Counted from the first letter of the stretch, positions 49,601-59,099 are shown. The stretch: 64,000 nucleotides of DNA from Vulcanimicrobiales bacterium (GCA_038231455.1 JBBRLI010000008.1:64001-128000); one strand, 5' to 3'. Numbers and translations are program-made. The notes: generated by a model from the sequence alone, not told the origin.

Positions 49601-50579
49601 AGAGCGGAACGTTGTGATAGACGGCGTTGACCAGCGGTTGCTGCGTTTTCGTCGCGAGCAAATGTTTACGCGAAACGATGTGCGCGTTGAACACCGCGGT
49701 CATCGAGGTGATAACGCCGAGGCCGCGCTTCTCCCACGCTTCGATTGCGGCGTTGAGCACGGGATGGTTCCACTCAACGAGGAAGAGATCGTGCGTAATG
49801 AAGCCGATGCGATCCCAGGGCTTCTTGCCGTACGTTTTTTCAAAATACGGTTCGTACCACGCGAGATACTCTTCCGGTGTTTGGAAGAGCCCCTTGTGTG
49901 CGGGGTGGTAGATGCCTTCGTTCTCGACCTTGGCGGGGAGCGGAACGACGCCTTTGTAGGCGTTGTTCATGAAGTTCTGCATCAGGTACAAGAACATGTT
50001 TTCCACGTTCTCGACGCTGCGGTTATTCCAGTAACCGATCATGACGAGATTTTTGAAGACCGGCTTCTTGAGAAGCTTGGCCATGAGCGGGGCCGCACCG
50101 ACCATCTTCTGCATCCCGAGGAAACCTTGGCGCGCTTCCCAGAGCTCGTCGATGACTTCGTTCTTTGCTTTTGCCTGATAGCGTTTGATCGCCATCGACA
50201 TCTCGCGCATTGGGTTGGACTTGTTCATGTCGAACTCGAAGCCCAGCGACTTGAACATCATGTTCTGCAGGCGCGGATCGGGAATGTCGTACCACAGGAA
50301 TTTGACCTTGTTCAATTCCCCGGCGCGGTCCATCTCGACCACCAGCTGGGCCAGGCGCTCGACCGTATCGTGCGTCATCGCCTGCCAGCCGACGAAGATG
50401 TCGGCACCCTTGATCGACTCCCGCAGGCGCCCGAGGGCGGCGGGGTCGTTGAAGTCGGCCGCACCATAGTGCTCTAGCTCCCACGGCTGACCCGTCTTCT
50501 CGCGCAGATTGTGAAAGGCGAGACGCATAGCATTCGCGCGCTCGTCCGGGGCCCATGAGGAATAGCCGACAACCTTCAT
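46611..50579 (-). CDS. bchH: Magnesium chelatase subunit H (CobN/BchH family)
   Basis: 1322 aa; YNFPP..GN.G.A..LD, HVGTHG..EW, E..IARRR..A, LPTGRN, LGRPRID. Photosynthetic context and the shared upstream box favour BchH over CobN. Confidence 0.85.
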   Translation of the reverse strand: MKVVGYSSWAPDERANAMRLAFHNLREKTGQPWELEHYGAADFNDPAALGRLRESIKGADIFVGWQAMTHDTVERLAQLVVEMDRAGELNKVKFLWYDIPDPRLQNMMFKSLGFEFDMNKSNPMREMSMAIKRYQAKAKNEVIDELWEARQGFLGMQKMVGAAPLMAKLLKKPVFKNLVMIGYWNNRSVENVENMFLYLMQNFMNNAYKGVVPLPAKVENEGIYHPAHKGLFQTPEEYLAWYEPYFEKTYGKKPWDRIGFITHDLFLVEWNHPVLNAAIEAWEKRGLGVITSMTAVFNAHIVSRKHLLATKTQQPLVNAVYHNVPLYLAGSMFAGAPEPSIDLIHDLGDPRVYTSPVNAAMSRADLAASKFGVASLEYIGNIVTPETEGIQPMPPICSREATNADISALEPIPDRVENLAEISTRWLKLRHLKNDEKKIAAFIYNFPPGPGNIGVALFLDIAGSIRTMLETLQENGYRTGDIDATDLEISKKLQDMYAGYHTVGAVSSAEIRDWVHDLPTKFESYFYDVWGQPPATIPIKGLRFGNILVLLQDMQGMEDLSAIHDKGAPPSPWLLASYRYATRRFNADAIVHVGTHGLVEWAKGKEWCPAAGDYPEFLVDSTPHAYIFNVVDPVEASIARRRSYATILSHLCPPLVSVDGSEDLRNLHRLVHDYYNTNSSDVEKRSDIASEVVEVVERSGIRTEAAGQQPLLPPARVPDERGGIDVRWANEDEQRKYVARVHDELVSLEGEFAPAGQHVFGRNLSPEDQLSTFYACLEFSDVDFYRLIAGCYGIPYDKLMADQHGRTADGLYNHEILDEIKEAGKEIVSAEVLRPSGKVGQAAIVGILSTRPIAGHTLAKNPYELGELTTFIERARTLYAELGRVGDGERKGLLTALDGKYLEPSAGGEPVGNWNVLPTGRNMASTDVRMLPREAACRKARRTVEQILEAAVAERGHYPATVGVVLWGSEVLESDGVGIAQALDLMGVRVQKDRFNRAERVELISLDELGRPRIDILANTSTVFKNTFPGAIRLIHDAAVLASNADEPYEWNFVKKHTDHMIANGMDPELAKARCFGMGEDAFMGQVGAMLDTGNFTDFNDIGAAWMSDNSNAYIPEFASILIKPAADIQRYLVETVEVIQQPLVQMAAGGPVKEDMFASFTSAFGAAKRTMGHEDTMIVVSDLTRRDPKVKNFRNIVVNGVLTRFHSQAWRDKMMEHGYSGVMEFGDIFKAMRSTEAALGNTISPELWKRTVEVTLSEWDRISDANVHKTRDLGNILLDTQRRGMWADADLEQALKDKLNELDADVELTTYRRQLSGSAGD

Positions 50580-50613
50580 ATAAGGAGGCTACGCCCACGG
50601 GGGGGCCCGGGAC

Positions 50614-50629
50614 GGTGATAGCTATCACC
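50614..50629 (-). promoter_or_regulatory. Perfect palindromic CRP-like box GGTGATAGCTATCACC upstream of bchH
   Basis: Centre 50621.5; -10-like TAGCCT at 50591-50586. Confidence 0.82.
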
Positions 50630-50781
50630 CAGCCGACTGCTGTGCCAGAAATTTTGGCATACCGACGCGACCCAACAGCCTCCGGACCGACTTTGAGGCA
50701 CCGTTACGGGCGATGCATCGTTTTCGTCTGGGTGCGAGGTTGTACACTACGCCCCACCCGTTTTTCTGTCGAGGAGTTTTT

Positions 50782-51180
50782 GTGCCGTTCGTTCGTATCG
50801 ATGTTGCTGAGGGAAAATCCGCTGAGGAGCTTACCGCGATTGGTGACGGCGTTCATTCCGCGCTGATCGAAGCGATCGACATTCCCAAAGACGATCGTTT
50901 CCAAGTGATCAACGTGGTACCCGCAGCGCAGCTGATCTACGATCGTGCGTATTTCGAGATCAATCGCAGCGATGCAACGGTGTTCGTTCAGATTACGCTG
51001 CGGCCCGGACGCACCGAGGATCAGAAGCGCAAACTCTATCATCTCATCGCAACGCAGCTCTGGCGCAAAGCCAAAGTGCGTGCGGAAGATGTGTTTATTA
51101 CGCTTGTGGAGATTCCGGGTGAGAACTGGTCCTTTGGTGGCGGCATCGCACAGTATGCGCCGTCGGTCAAGTCCGAGTAG
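50782..51180 (+). CDS. Tautomerase-family protein
   Basis: GAGGAG RBS, GTG-Pro1; 'DRFQ', 'GRT..QK..LY', 'ENWSFG.G'. Confidence 0.88.
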   Translation: MPFVRIDVAEGKSAEELTAIGDGVHSALIEAIDIPKDDRFQVINVVPAAQLIYDRAYFEINRSDATVFVQITLRPGRTEDQKRKLYHLIATQLWRKAKVRAEDVFITLVEIPGENWSFGGGIAQYAPSVKSE

Positions 51181-51889
51181 GCCCACCGTTTTCGCGCGCG
51201 TGCCGCTTTGCTTGAAAGTAATAATCCGCTAGTCGAAATCCCGCGCGCTCGAGCGCGCTGCGATCGCGACCTTCAGGTGTTTCGGTTGCCGCGCACACGA
51301 GCCGTCCGCCGGCTTCGAGTTGATCCGCGCGTTTAGCGAGGATCGCCGCGCCGTGTCCGCGGCCGCGTTGCGCGGGATACACGAAGGTGCGCACTTCCGT
51401 CCAGTGACCGTCGAGCGGCTCGCTCATGACCACACCGACGACGTCATCGCCCCGCTGTGCGAGCAAAACTTCGGGCGTGGAAAAACCGCGGCCGTATTCT
51501 TTTGCTATTTCATTGATCGAGATCCGGTCCAGCGCCGAGGGTGGTCGCAGCACCACATCGCTCCGGTCGATCGTCGACTCGGCATGATGGATGAACGCCG
51601 CGCCCGTCGGCGCGAAGGCGAGATTCAGATCGCTGGCCCCGCGACGCGCGGCATGGTCGCCCCCATAGAACCAAATGCTACGCGCCCCGAGCGCCGCAAA
51701 CGCTTCGGCCAGACGCCGGGCCGGATCCTCGGAGTCGGCGATGTCGAATCGCACGATACAGTCCGAGGCAAAGATGCTGCCATCGCTCTTGAAGGCGACG
51801 CCGACCGCGCGGCCATCGTCGCGCAGCGCGATTCCGCGAGCGCTTTCGCGAACCATCCGGGCGAGTGAGAGAACCGGTAAACTATCCAT
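51167..51889 (-). CDS. GNAT-family acetyltransferase
   Basis: 'V.PAQRGRGHG', 'LERAGF'. Confidence 0.7.
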   Translation of the reverse strand: MDSLPVLSLARMVRESARGIALRDDGRAVGVAFKSDGSIFASDCIVRFDIADSEDPARRLAEAFAALGARSIWFYGGDHAARRGASDLNLAFAPTGAAFIHHAESTIDRSDVVLRPPSALDRISINEIAKEYGRGFSTPEVLLAQRGDDVVGVVMSEPLDGHWTEVRTFVYPAQRGRGHGAAILAKRADQLEAGGRLVCAATETPEGRDRSALERAGFRLADYYFQAKRHARENGGPTRT

Positions 51890-51991
51890 GCTGCGATCTC
51901 GAGTCCGGGCAAAAAAAAGCGAGTCGATATCTCACGACTCGCATTTCGAAAAAGTGTTACCCCGGCCTGCGCCGGGCTAACACGATCGACC

Positions 51992-52363
51992 TTAAGCGGA
52001 GGCTTTTGCCTTGCGGACGGTCTTCTTGCCCGAAGCCTTGCGGCGCGGCGACGCTTTACGCGCAGCCTTCTTCACGCCTTTTTTGCGACCGGCGGTCTTT
52101 TTACGACCGGCAGTCTTTTTGCGTGCCGTTACTTTACGGGCGGTTTTCTTGCGACCAGCGGTTTTCTTTTTGGCTGTTTTCTTGCGGGTCGTCTTTTTGG
52201 CGCTCGTCGATTTGCGGGTTGAGGTCTTCTTACGAGCGGTCTTCTTGGCGGCCGTCTTCTTGCGCGGAGCCGCTTTGCGGGCCGTGCTCTTCTTACGGCT
52301 GGTGGACTTGCGCGTCGAGGTTTTCTTGGCCGCGCTCTTCTTGGCGGTACGTTTCACTGCCAT
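51992..52363 (-). CDS. Histone H1-like Lys/Arg/Ala/Thr-rich protein
   Basis: Repeating (R/K)KKTA / RKSTS pentamers over 123 aa. Confidence 0.75.
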   Translation of the reverse strand: MAVKRTAKKSAAKKTSTRKSTSRKKSTARKAAPRKKTAAKKTARKKTSTRKSTSAKKTTRKKTAKKKTAGRKKTARKVTARKKTAGRKKTAGRKKGVKKAARKASPRRKASGKKTVRKAKASA

Positions 52364-52447
52364 TGTTTTGGTAGCTCAACTTTCTATCCGCGTCGCTATG
52401 GAGGCGGATGGAAACCGGCATGTGCCGGGGATGTTACCAATGTTATA

Positions 52448-54334
52448 TCACCCGGAGGAAATTTTCGCAACAACGTCGGTTATTGCGTAGTACCGGCCGC
52501 GCGAATTTTCGGCCAATTCTCGCATCAACGGATAGGCTTCGAACTCGTCCAAATTCACAAATGTCATCGCCGCGCGACCCGCGATCGCGCCCGCAATCGC
52601 CCGGCATTGTTCGCCCGCAACGGCGACGAGTTGGCGCGGATCGCCGTTTTTGAGCGCTGCGGAAATCTCGTTTTCGGCACCGAGCGGAACGTTCGCGCGG
52701 CCGTCGGAGAAGATTGCGACGTCGACTTGCGCGCCGGAATTCGCTCGTAAAAAGCGTTCCGTGATCCGGCGCACGTGTTCGAGCGCACCCGCAAGCGGGG
52801 TCAGCGCTTTGCCCTCGCCGGCTTCTAAATCGAGCAGACGCGAAGCGACGAGATCGATATTTCGGCCCGTGTTCTCATCAACGACGACCTCGGCGCTCGG
52901 CCCCCAACACGATACCAGCGCCGCGCGTTCGCGCTCCGTATAGATGGGTCGCAAGAGTTCGCGGCACGCCGCGCGGACGAGCTCCGCAGATTTTTTGGTG
53001 GAGAGCGATGCATCCACGACGAGTACCGTCAGCCGCGGCGGGACGGCCGCATCGACTTGTTCGCGCGGCTCGGCCGGCATTGCTGCGGCGCGCGCGACAC
53101 TGCGATCGACCAGCGTAGCGGCGATGTCGAGCCGGCCGTTCGCGAGCGGCTGCGTCGCGATCGTTTGTCCCTCGATTGCGGACTGCGGTCGTTTTTTCAA
53201 ACTCGCGCGCTGCGTTAACTCGGGCGAAACAATCGTCGTTGGACCCTGCGGCGGCGGCTCGTTCTCGGCATCGCTCTCGCCTTCGCCCATCGTTTGATCG
53301 AGTGCCGCTTCGATCGCTGCATCTTCGGCCATGTGCTCCGAGAGCGCTTCGACTTTGAGTCGCGAGCGGCGCAAGCGCGCAGCAAGCGGCAGGACGCGCG
53401 CGACGTCCTCGCGCGTTACTTCTTTGCGGTTCTCCCAGGCCGCATACGCCGCGGCCGCTTCCAGCGTGACGATCTCCGTGCGGTGCGAATCGATGCCGAG
53501 GCGCGCGATCGTCTCGATCGCCGTGCGCTCTGCGTCTTCGTTGATGCGCACGTTCGGCAAGAGCTTGATCGCGCGCGCCAGGCGCGTGCGCAGCGCTTTT
53601 GTTTTGCTTTCGTAAAGCGCGGCAAAACCGCGTGGGTCGCGGGCGAACGCCGCGTTGCGGCGATAAATCTCGACGCGTTCGTCATAGCTGCCGGCCGCGC
53701 GAATGAAGACGCGCAGGCCGATACGGTCCGTGATCTGCGGACGCAGTTCGCCTTCTTCGGGATTCATCGTGCCGATGAGCGTGAAGCGCGAGGGGTAGTC
53801 GATCGCGTGCTGACCGCGCTTGACGTGCACGACGCCTTGCGCTGCGGCATCGAGCAGCGCATCGACCGCAACGTCCGCGAGCAAGTTGATTTCATCAACG
53901 TAGAGCACGTTGCGATTCGCGCCTGCGAGGAGACCAGGACGGAAACCGACGGCATTCTTCTCGAGCGCCGCGCGCAAGTCGATCGCACCCACGAGATCGT
54001 CGAGTTGGACGCTTGCGGGAAGTTCGACGATCTCGCCGCGCGTTTTACGCGTCTTCGGCCGTTCGCCGCGTTCGATCTGCGCCGCGCATGCCTCGCACAG
54101 ATTGGCGCCGTCGGGGTCGCAGCCGTACGCGCACGTCGCGCGTTCGAGGACCGGCAAGAGTTCTGCGGCGCTGCGAACGAGCGTCGTCTTGCCCGTTCCT
54201 TTGGGGCCGGAGAAGAGCACGCCCCCGACGCGCGGATTGATCGCGGCAAGGGTGAGAGCGAGTTTGGGTTCGTCTTGACCGACGATTGCAACGAATGGGA
54301 ACGGGATGTAAGCGGCTCGACTGGATTGCGGCAT
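52448..54334 (-). CDS. bchD: Magnesium chelatase AAA+ / vWA subunit (BchD/ChlD-type with an intact BchI-like AAA module)
   Basis: FPF.AIVGQ, GPKGTGKT, LYVDEINLL, GTMNPEEGELRPQ, acidic/Pro linker, vWA DASLS and SDGRAN. Confidence 0.78.
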   Translation of the reverse strand: MPQSSRAAYIPFPFVAIVGQDEPKLALTLAAINPRVGGVLFSGPKGTGKTTLVRSAAELLPVLERATCAYGCDPDGANLCEACAAQIERGERPKTRKTRGEIVELPASVQLDDLVGAIDLRAALEKNAVGFRPGLLAGANRNVLYVDEINLLADVAVDALLDAAAQGVVHVKRGQHAIDYPSRFTLIGTMNPEEGELRPQITDRIGLRVFIRAAGSYDERVEIYRRNAAFARDPRGFAALYESKTKALRTRLARAIKLLPNVRINEDAERTAIETIARLGIDSHRTEIVTLEAAAAYAAWENRKEVTREDVARVLPLAARLRRSRLKVEALSEHMAEDAAIEAALDQTMGEGESDAENEPPPQGPTTIVSPELTQRASLKKRPQSAIEGQTIATQPLANGRLDIAATLVDRSVARAAAMPAEPREQVDAAVPPRLTVLVVDASLSTKKSAELVRAACRELLRPIYTERERAALVSCWGPSAEVVVDENTGRNIDLVASRLLDLEAGEGKALTPLAGALEHVRRITERFLRANSGAQVDVAIFSDGRANVPLGAENEISAALKNGDPRQLVAVAGEQCRAIAGAIAGRAAMTFVNLDEFEAYPLMRELAENSRGRYYAITDVVAKISSG

Positions 54335-54386
54335 ATCGCGAACTTTGTGGATGGGATGCCGTCGCCCTCGCGCGAAGTGCCGCTTG

Positions 54387-55196
54387 ATGAACATTCCGAT
54401 CGACGGCGGGTCCTTAAACTTCACCGATGCCGGCAGCGGCGAGGCACTGGTATTACTCCACGGATTCCCGCTCGATCATCGCTCGTGGCAAGCACAAGCA
54501 GACGACCTTTCGAAAACATACCGCGTGATCTGTCCCGATCTGCGCGGTTCCGGACGCTCGTCCGTCACGCCGGGTCCGTATTTGATGGAGACGCTCGCCG
54601 GGGATCTTCTCGATCTGCTCGATGCGCTTCATATCGAACGCGCCGCGTTTGCAGCGCCCTCCATCGGCAGTTACGTCCAGGCCGCGTTCTTTCGGATGTA
54701 CAGCGAACGGGTGAGCGGCTTCGCGCTCGTTGCGGGAAACACGTTTGCCGATACGCCGGCGATTCTCGCCGGGCGCGGACCGCTTGCGGATCGCGCCGAG
54801 CGCGACGGTATGCAGCCGGTGATCGATGCGTATCTCCCGCGTTACTACGCCAAACATTTTTATCGCGACCAGCCCGAGATGATCGAAGAAGGCCGCCGCT
54901 GGATGAGCGAGCAGAACCCGCTCGGCGTCGCCGCGCAGATTCGCGGTATGGCCGAACGCGTCAGCGCCGACGATCTTCTCGAAGACATTCACGTCCCGGC
55001 GCTGGTGCTTGCGCCAAGCGAAGATTCCTGGATTCCGGTCGCCCATCTGCGCGGGGTTGCGGGCCACCTTGCCGATTGCGAATTCCTCGAAGTCCCCGCC
55101 TGCGGACATATGCCGATGCGCGAACATCCCACGATCGTTACCTCGGCGCTCCGCCGCCTCATGGAGCGCGTGAGCGCTCACGAACGCGCGATGTAG
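54387..55196 (+). CDS. Alpha/beta hydrolase
   Basis: LLHGFPLD, PDLRG.G.S, nucleophile elbow APSIG, GH. Confidence 0.85.
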   Translation: MNIPIDGGSLNFTDAGSGEALVLLHGFPLDHRSWQAQADDLSKTYRVICPDLRGSGRSSVTPGPYLMETLAGDLLDLLDALHIERAAFAAPSIGSYVQAAFFRMYSERVSGFALVAGNTFADTPAILAGRGPLADRAERDGMQPVIDAYLPRYYAKHFYRDQPEMIEEGRRWMSEQNPLGVAAQIRGMAERVSADDLLEDIHVPALVLAPSEDSWIPVAHLRGVAGHLADCEFLEVPACGHMPMREHPTIVTSALRRLMERVSAHERAM

Positions 55197-55681
55197 AACG
55201 CGATCCGCGGATCGGGGTGCGGCTCGCGCCGCATGCCAACGCGCTCGGCCGTCGCGATCGACGCGAGGTTCTCGCGTTCGATCGGCGCGATCACTTCGCT
55301 CACGGCCGTCTGCGCGAGCGCCCAGGTAAGGATCGTTCCGATCGCCTCCGCCGCGTATCCGCGACGACGCATCGAGGCAACGATCCCGTACCCGACTTCG
55401 ACGCGACCGCGGTCATCTGGGAAGCCTTTGAGATTGACGAGCCCCACGACGATGCGTTTCTTGCGGTCGACGACGATGCGTCCTGAAAACGGTAAGACGG
55501 ATGGGTCGCCCCGCAACCGCGCGAGTTGAATAGGGAACACGCGTTCGATGAGAATCGCATCGGGCCACTCGACGGGCAGATCGGCGCCGATGAGGCGGCG
55601 CGCGTCTTCACGTTTTCCCGCAAGCAGTGATTCGAGAATCGGGAGATCGGCGAGGACGAAGTCGAGGCGGGCCGATTGCAT
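55178..55681 (-). CDS. GNAT (RimJ/RimL-like) acetyltransferase
   Basis: VEVGYGI..RRRGYA.EA, N.AS...ER.G. Confidence 0.85.
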   Translation of the reverse strand: MQSARLDFVLADLPILESLLAGKREDARRLIGADLPVEWPDAILIERVFPIQLARLRGDPSVLPFSGRIVVDRKKRIVVGLVNLKGFPDDRGRVEVGYGIVASMRRRGYAAEAIGTILTWALAQTAVSEVIAPIERENLASIATAERVGMRREPHPDPRIAFYIARS

Positions 55682-55683
55682 CG

Positions 55684-56403
55684 CTAGGCGTCCACGGATC
55701 CGCCAAGATAAATCGCGCGCACGCGCGGATCCTCGGCGAGTTCTCCGGCGCTGCCCTTGAGTGCGATCTCGCCATTCTCCATGACGTAGGCGCGGTTGGC
55801 GTGTTTAAGGGTGAGAAACGCGTTCTGCTCGACCAGCAGCACGGCCGTTCCATCGGCGACGAGTGAAGCGATCAGCGCGAAGAGCTGCTCGACGATGAGC
55901 GGCGCAAGGCCGGTCGATGGTTCGTCCAGGCACAACAGCTTGGGCTTGGCCATAAGGGCGCGCCCGATCGCGAGCATCTGCTGCTCGCCACCGGAGAGCG
56001 AGAAGGCTGTTGCGTTCTTGCGTGCGGCAAGGGCCGGGAACCGTTCGTACATCGCGCGGAGTTCCGCCTCGATGTCGCGGCGATCGCGCGCGTATGCACC
56101 GAGGCGCAAGTTATCGTCGACCGAGAGTTCGGTGAAGAGCTGACGACCTTCGGGGACGTGCGAGAGTCCGTAGCGCACGACGCTCTCAACCGATGCCGCG
56201 ATCAGGTCGTGACCATCAAAGCTGATGCTCCCGGACCGTACGCGCGTCTCGTACCGCGAGATCGTCCGCAGGAGCGTGCTCTTGCCGGCACCGTTCGCAC
56301 CGAGCACGGCGACGATCTCGCCCGCCGCGACATGCAGTGAAACGCCGCGTAACACATCGATCGCGCCATAGCCGGCGTGCAGGTCGTCGATCGCAAGCAA
56401 CAT
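55684..56403 (-). CDS. livF: Branched-chain amino acid ABC ATPase (LivF-like)
   Basis: GANGAGKST, VPEGR, LSGGEQQMLAIGRALM, VEQN. Confidence 0.88.
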   Translation of the reverse strand: MLLAIDDLHAGYGAIDVLRGVSLHVAAGEIVAVLGANGAGKSTLLRTISRYETRVRSGSISFDGHDLIAASVESVVRYGLSHVPEGRQLFTELSVDDNLRLGAYARDRRDIEAELRAMYERFPALAARKNATAFSLSGGEQQMLAIGRALMAKPKLLCLDEPSTGLAPLIVEQLFALIASLVADGTAVLLVEQNAFLTLKHANRAYVMENGEIALKGSAGELAEDPRVRAIYLGGSVDA

Positions 56404-58163
56404 TATCCGGTCGTTCCCAAATAGGCGGAGACCACGGCGGGATCGTTGCGAACGCTCGTTGCATCACCATCCGCGATCTTCACGCCGAATTTGAGCACCA
56501 TCACGCGGTCGCTGATCGCCATCACGAGTTTCATGTCGTGCTCGATGAGCAACAGGGTCATACCGCGCTCGCGCAGCGCGAGAAGATCGTCTTGCAACAT
56601 TGCGCGTTCGCGGGCGTTGAGGCCGGCGGCGGGTTCGTCGACGAGCAGCATCCACGGATCGGCGGCAATCGCGCGCGCGAGTTCGACGCGCCGCCGTTCG
56701 CCAAATGGTAAATCGCGCGCTTCCATTCCGGCGATCGATTCGAGCCCCAGTCGCGCGAGCGTCGCGCGAGCACGATCCGTCGATTCGCGTTGCGCGTGTC
56801 GCGATGCAGGGAGCGCGAGCAGATCGGCGCCGAACGATGTCCGCTCGCTGCGAATGAGTCCGGCGACGACATTTTCGAGGACCGTCATCTCATCGAAGAG
56901 ACGCGCGTTTTGAAACGTGCGACCAACGCCGAGCGAGGCGATCCGGTGCGGCTGCCAGCCCGTGACATCGCGACCGGCGATGTTCACGTTGCCTGCGCTG
57001 AGCTTGCCGACCCCACAAATCGCATTGAAGAGCGTGGTCTTCCCCGCGCCGTTCGGCCCGATGAGCGATGTGAGCGATCCCCGTTCGAGCGTGAAGTTTA
57101 CCGCATCGACGGCTGTCAGTCCACCGAAGCGTTTGGTCACGTCGTGGACGACGAGCGGCGAATCCAAATTTAGCGGACGAACGGGAGCTGCAGCAACCGG
57201 GAGCGTGGTAAGACCGGGAGCGGCGCGCGCTTCGCGCTTGGTGCGACGGAAGAGACCGATCACGCCACCCGGCGCGGCGATCACGACGATGATGACGAGT
57301 ACGCCATAGGCGACTTCGCGCCAATTTTCGTATGCGTGGCCGGAGATATCGAGAAAGCCGATGAGAGCGGCGCCGATGAGGGCGCCGCTGACGCCACCTT
57401 GTCCGCCGAGCACCACCATCAAGAGAATGTCGATCGAGAGCGCGGCGCCGACGGCGTCGGGTACGATCAATCCGAGATACGCGGCATAGATCGCGCCGCT
57501 CAGTCCCGCCAGTGCCCCGGCGTAGGCGAACGCGAGAATCTTATAGCGCCGGGTAGCAACACCGATGACGTCGGCGGCGAGTTCGTCGTTGCGAATCGTT
57601 TCAAATGCGCGCCCGGTGCGGCCCCGTAGCAGGTTGAGCGTGAGAAAAGCCGCGATCAGTGCAACGGCCCAGGCGAACCAGTAGGCGGCGTAACCGGAGA
57701 GCGAAAGCGAACCGATCGTCGCATACGGAATCGAGCTGATCCCGCTTGCTCCGCCAAAGAGTTTGGACTCATGAAAGAGACCGACGACGATCAGCCCAAA
57801 GCTGAGCGTTGCCATAGCAAGATAGTGGCCGCGAAAACGGAGCGCGATGAAGCCGACGCCGAGGCCCACCAGCGTCGCCGCGAACACACCGACGATTGCG
57901 GCCGGCCAAAACGGCCAGTTCAACGTGGACGTGAGATAGCCGACGACGTAGGCCCCGATCCCGAAGAAGCCCGCCTGCCCGATCGAAATCTGTTTGACGT
58001 TGCCGAGCAAGAGCGAGAGTCCGATCGCTGCAATCGCGTAGATCGCCGCATACGTGCCGGCTTGCGCGTAGGTCGCGTTGCGCGCGAGCGTTATTCCGAA
58101 GATGGCAACGATCAGCGCGAGGATCGGCAGTGCGCGGGCATCCGCGCGTAAACGCGCGATCAA
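56403..58163 (-). CDS. Fused LivM permease / LivG ATPase
   Basis: N-terminal 'YLAMATL', 'MVVLGG'; C-terminal GPNGAGKTT, IEHDM, AYLG. Confidence 0.88.
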   Translation of the reverse strand: MIARLRADARALPILALIVAIFGITLARNATYAQAGTYAAIYAIAAIGLSLLLGNVKQISIGQAGFFGIGAYVVGYLTSTLNWPFWPAAIVGVFAATLVGLGVGFIALRFRGHYLAMATLSFGLIVVGLFHESKLFGGASGISSIPYATIGSLSLSGYAAYWFAWAVALIAAFLTLNLLRGRTGRAFETIRNDELAADVIGVATRRYKILAFAYAGALAGLSGAIYAAYLGLIVPDAVGAALSIDILLMVVLGGQGGVSGALIGAALIGFLDISGHAYENWREVAYGVLVIIVVIAAPGGVIGLFRRTKREARAAPGLTTLPVAAAPVRPLNLDSPLVVHDVTKRFGGLTAVDAVNFTLERGSLTSLIGPNGAGKTTLFNAICGVGKLSAGNVNIAGRDVTGWQPHRIASLGVGRTFQNARLFDEMTVLENVVAGLIRSERTSFGADLLALPASRHAQRESTDRARATLARLGLESIAGMEARDLPFGERRRVELARAIAADPWMLLVDEPAAGLNARERAMLQDDLLALRERGMTLLLIEHDMKLVMAISDRVMVLKFGVKIADGDATSVRNDPAVVSAYLGTTG

Positions 58164-59038
58164 TCGCGCACCGCGGCGCGCGAACCAAAGAGTCCTTGCG
58201 GTCGCACGAGGAGCCCGATGAGCAGCAGCGAGTAAATCAGTGGATCGGCAACTCCGTACGAAAACTGTCCCTGAAGCAGTTTCTCGATAGTGCCGACGAG
58301 CAAACCGCCGACAACGCAGCCGACGGGTGATTCGAGACCACCAACAATCGCCCCGACGAAGCCCTTGATGGAGATTGCGACGCCGCCCGCGCCTCCCACG
58401 AGCGTGATCGGCCCGATGATCGTTCCGCCAAATGCCGCAAGTGCAATCGCAATCCCGACCGAAATCGCGCGCGCGCCGGTGATATCGATGCCGACCAGGC
58501 GCGCTCCCAGTGGATTGTTCGCCGCTGCACGGATTGCTTTTCCGTAGTATGTCTTCTCAAAGAAGAGATACATTGCGGCGAGCGCCGCGAGTAAGAGAAC
58601 GAAGACCCAGATCGATTGATAAGGAATCGAGAGGCCGCCGAGATTGAGCGCATCGGAGGCCTCGCCGGTAAACGCCGGGAGCGGCTGCGGCAGGCTTCCC
58701 CACCCCGGCACGAGCGCATGACCGTATAGTAAGATGAAAATCGTGCCGATCGTCGCGATGGTTAGCGAAATTTCGCCAAAGCGGGCGGCGGGTCGCAGAA
58801 TAACGCGTTCGTAGATCAGGCCAAGTCCGAAGCCGAGGATCGTTGCACCGGCAAGCGCCACCCAGGCGTTGACGTGGAACAACTGAACGATCGAGAGTGC
58901 GAAGAGGCCGCCGACGATCACGAACTCGCCCTGCGCGAAGTTCACGATGCGCGTGGCGCGCAAGATGATGTGTATTCCGAGTGCGACGAGGGCGTAGCCG
59001 CTGCCCACGGTTACGCCTGCCACAAGGAGTTGGAGCAT
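58160..59038 (-). CDS. livH: Branched-chain amino acid ABC permease (LivH-like)
   Basis: YALVALG, VNFAQGE, GKAIRA, RPQGLFG. Confidence 0.88.
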   Translation of the reverse strand: MLQLLVAGVTVGSGYALVALGIHIILRATRIVNFAQGEFVIVGGLFALSIVQLFHVNAWVALAGATILGFGLGLIYERVILRPAARFGEISLTIATIGTIFILLYGHALVPGWGSLPQPLPAFTGEASDALNLGGLSIPYQSIWVFVLLLAALAAMYLFFEKTYYGKAIRAAANNPLGARLVGIDITGARAISVGIAIALAAFGGTIIGPITLVGGAGGVAISIKGFVGAIVGGLESPVGCVVGGLLVGTIEKLLQGQFSYGVADPLIYSLLLIGLLVRPQGLFGSRAAVRD

Positions 59039-59099
59039 GCCCGGCCTAGAATCCGTATGGGGATTTGTTTCTCCTGTCGCTACAGACTAAGGAGTTTTT

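Noticed and set aside
54387-55196. Alpha/beta hydrolase as bchO
   Set aside because: It is divergent from bchD rather than co-transcribed, and looks like a generic enol-lactonase-type hydrolase. There is no specific support.
53294-55486. 730-aa plus-strand ORF and similar long shadows (40085-41584, 20023-21318, 5054-6145)
   Set aside because: These are antisense or off-frame products of GC-rich coding sequence with no recognisable motifs.
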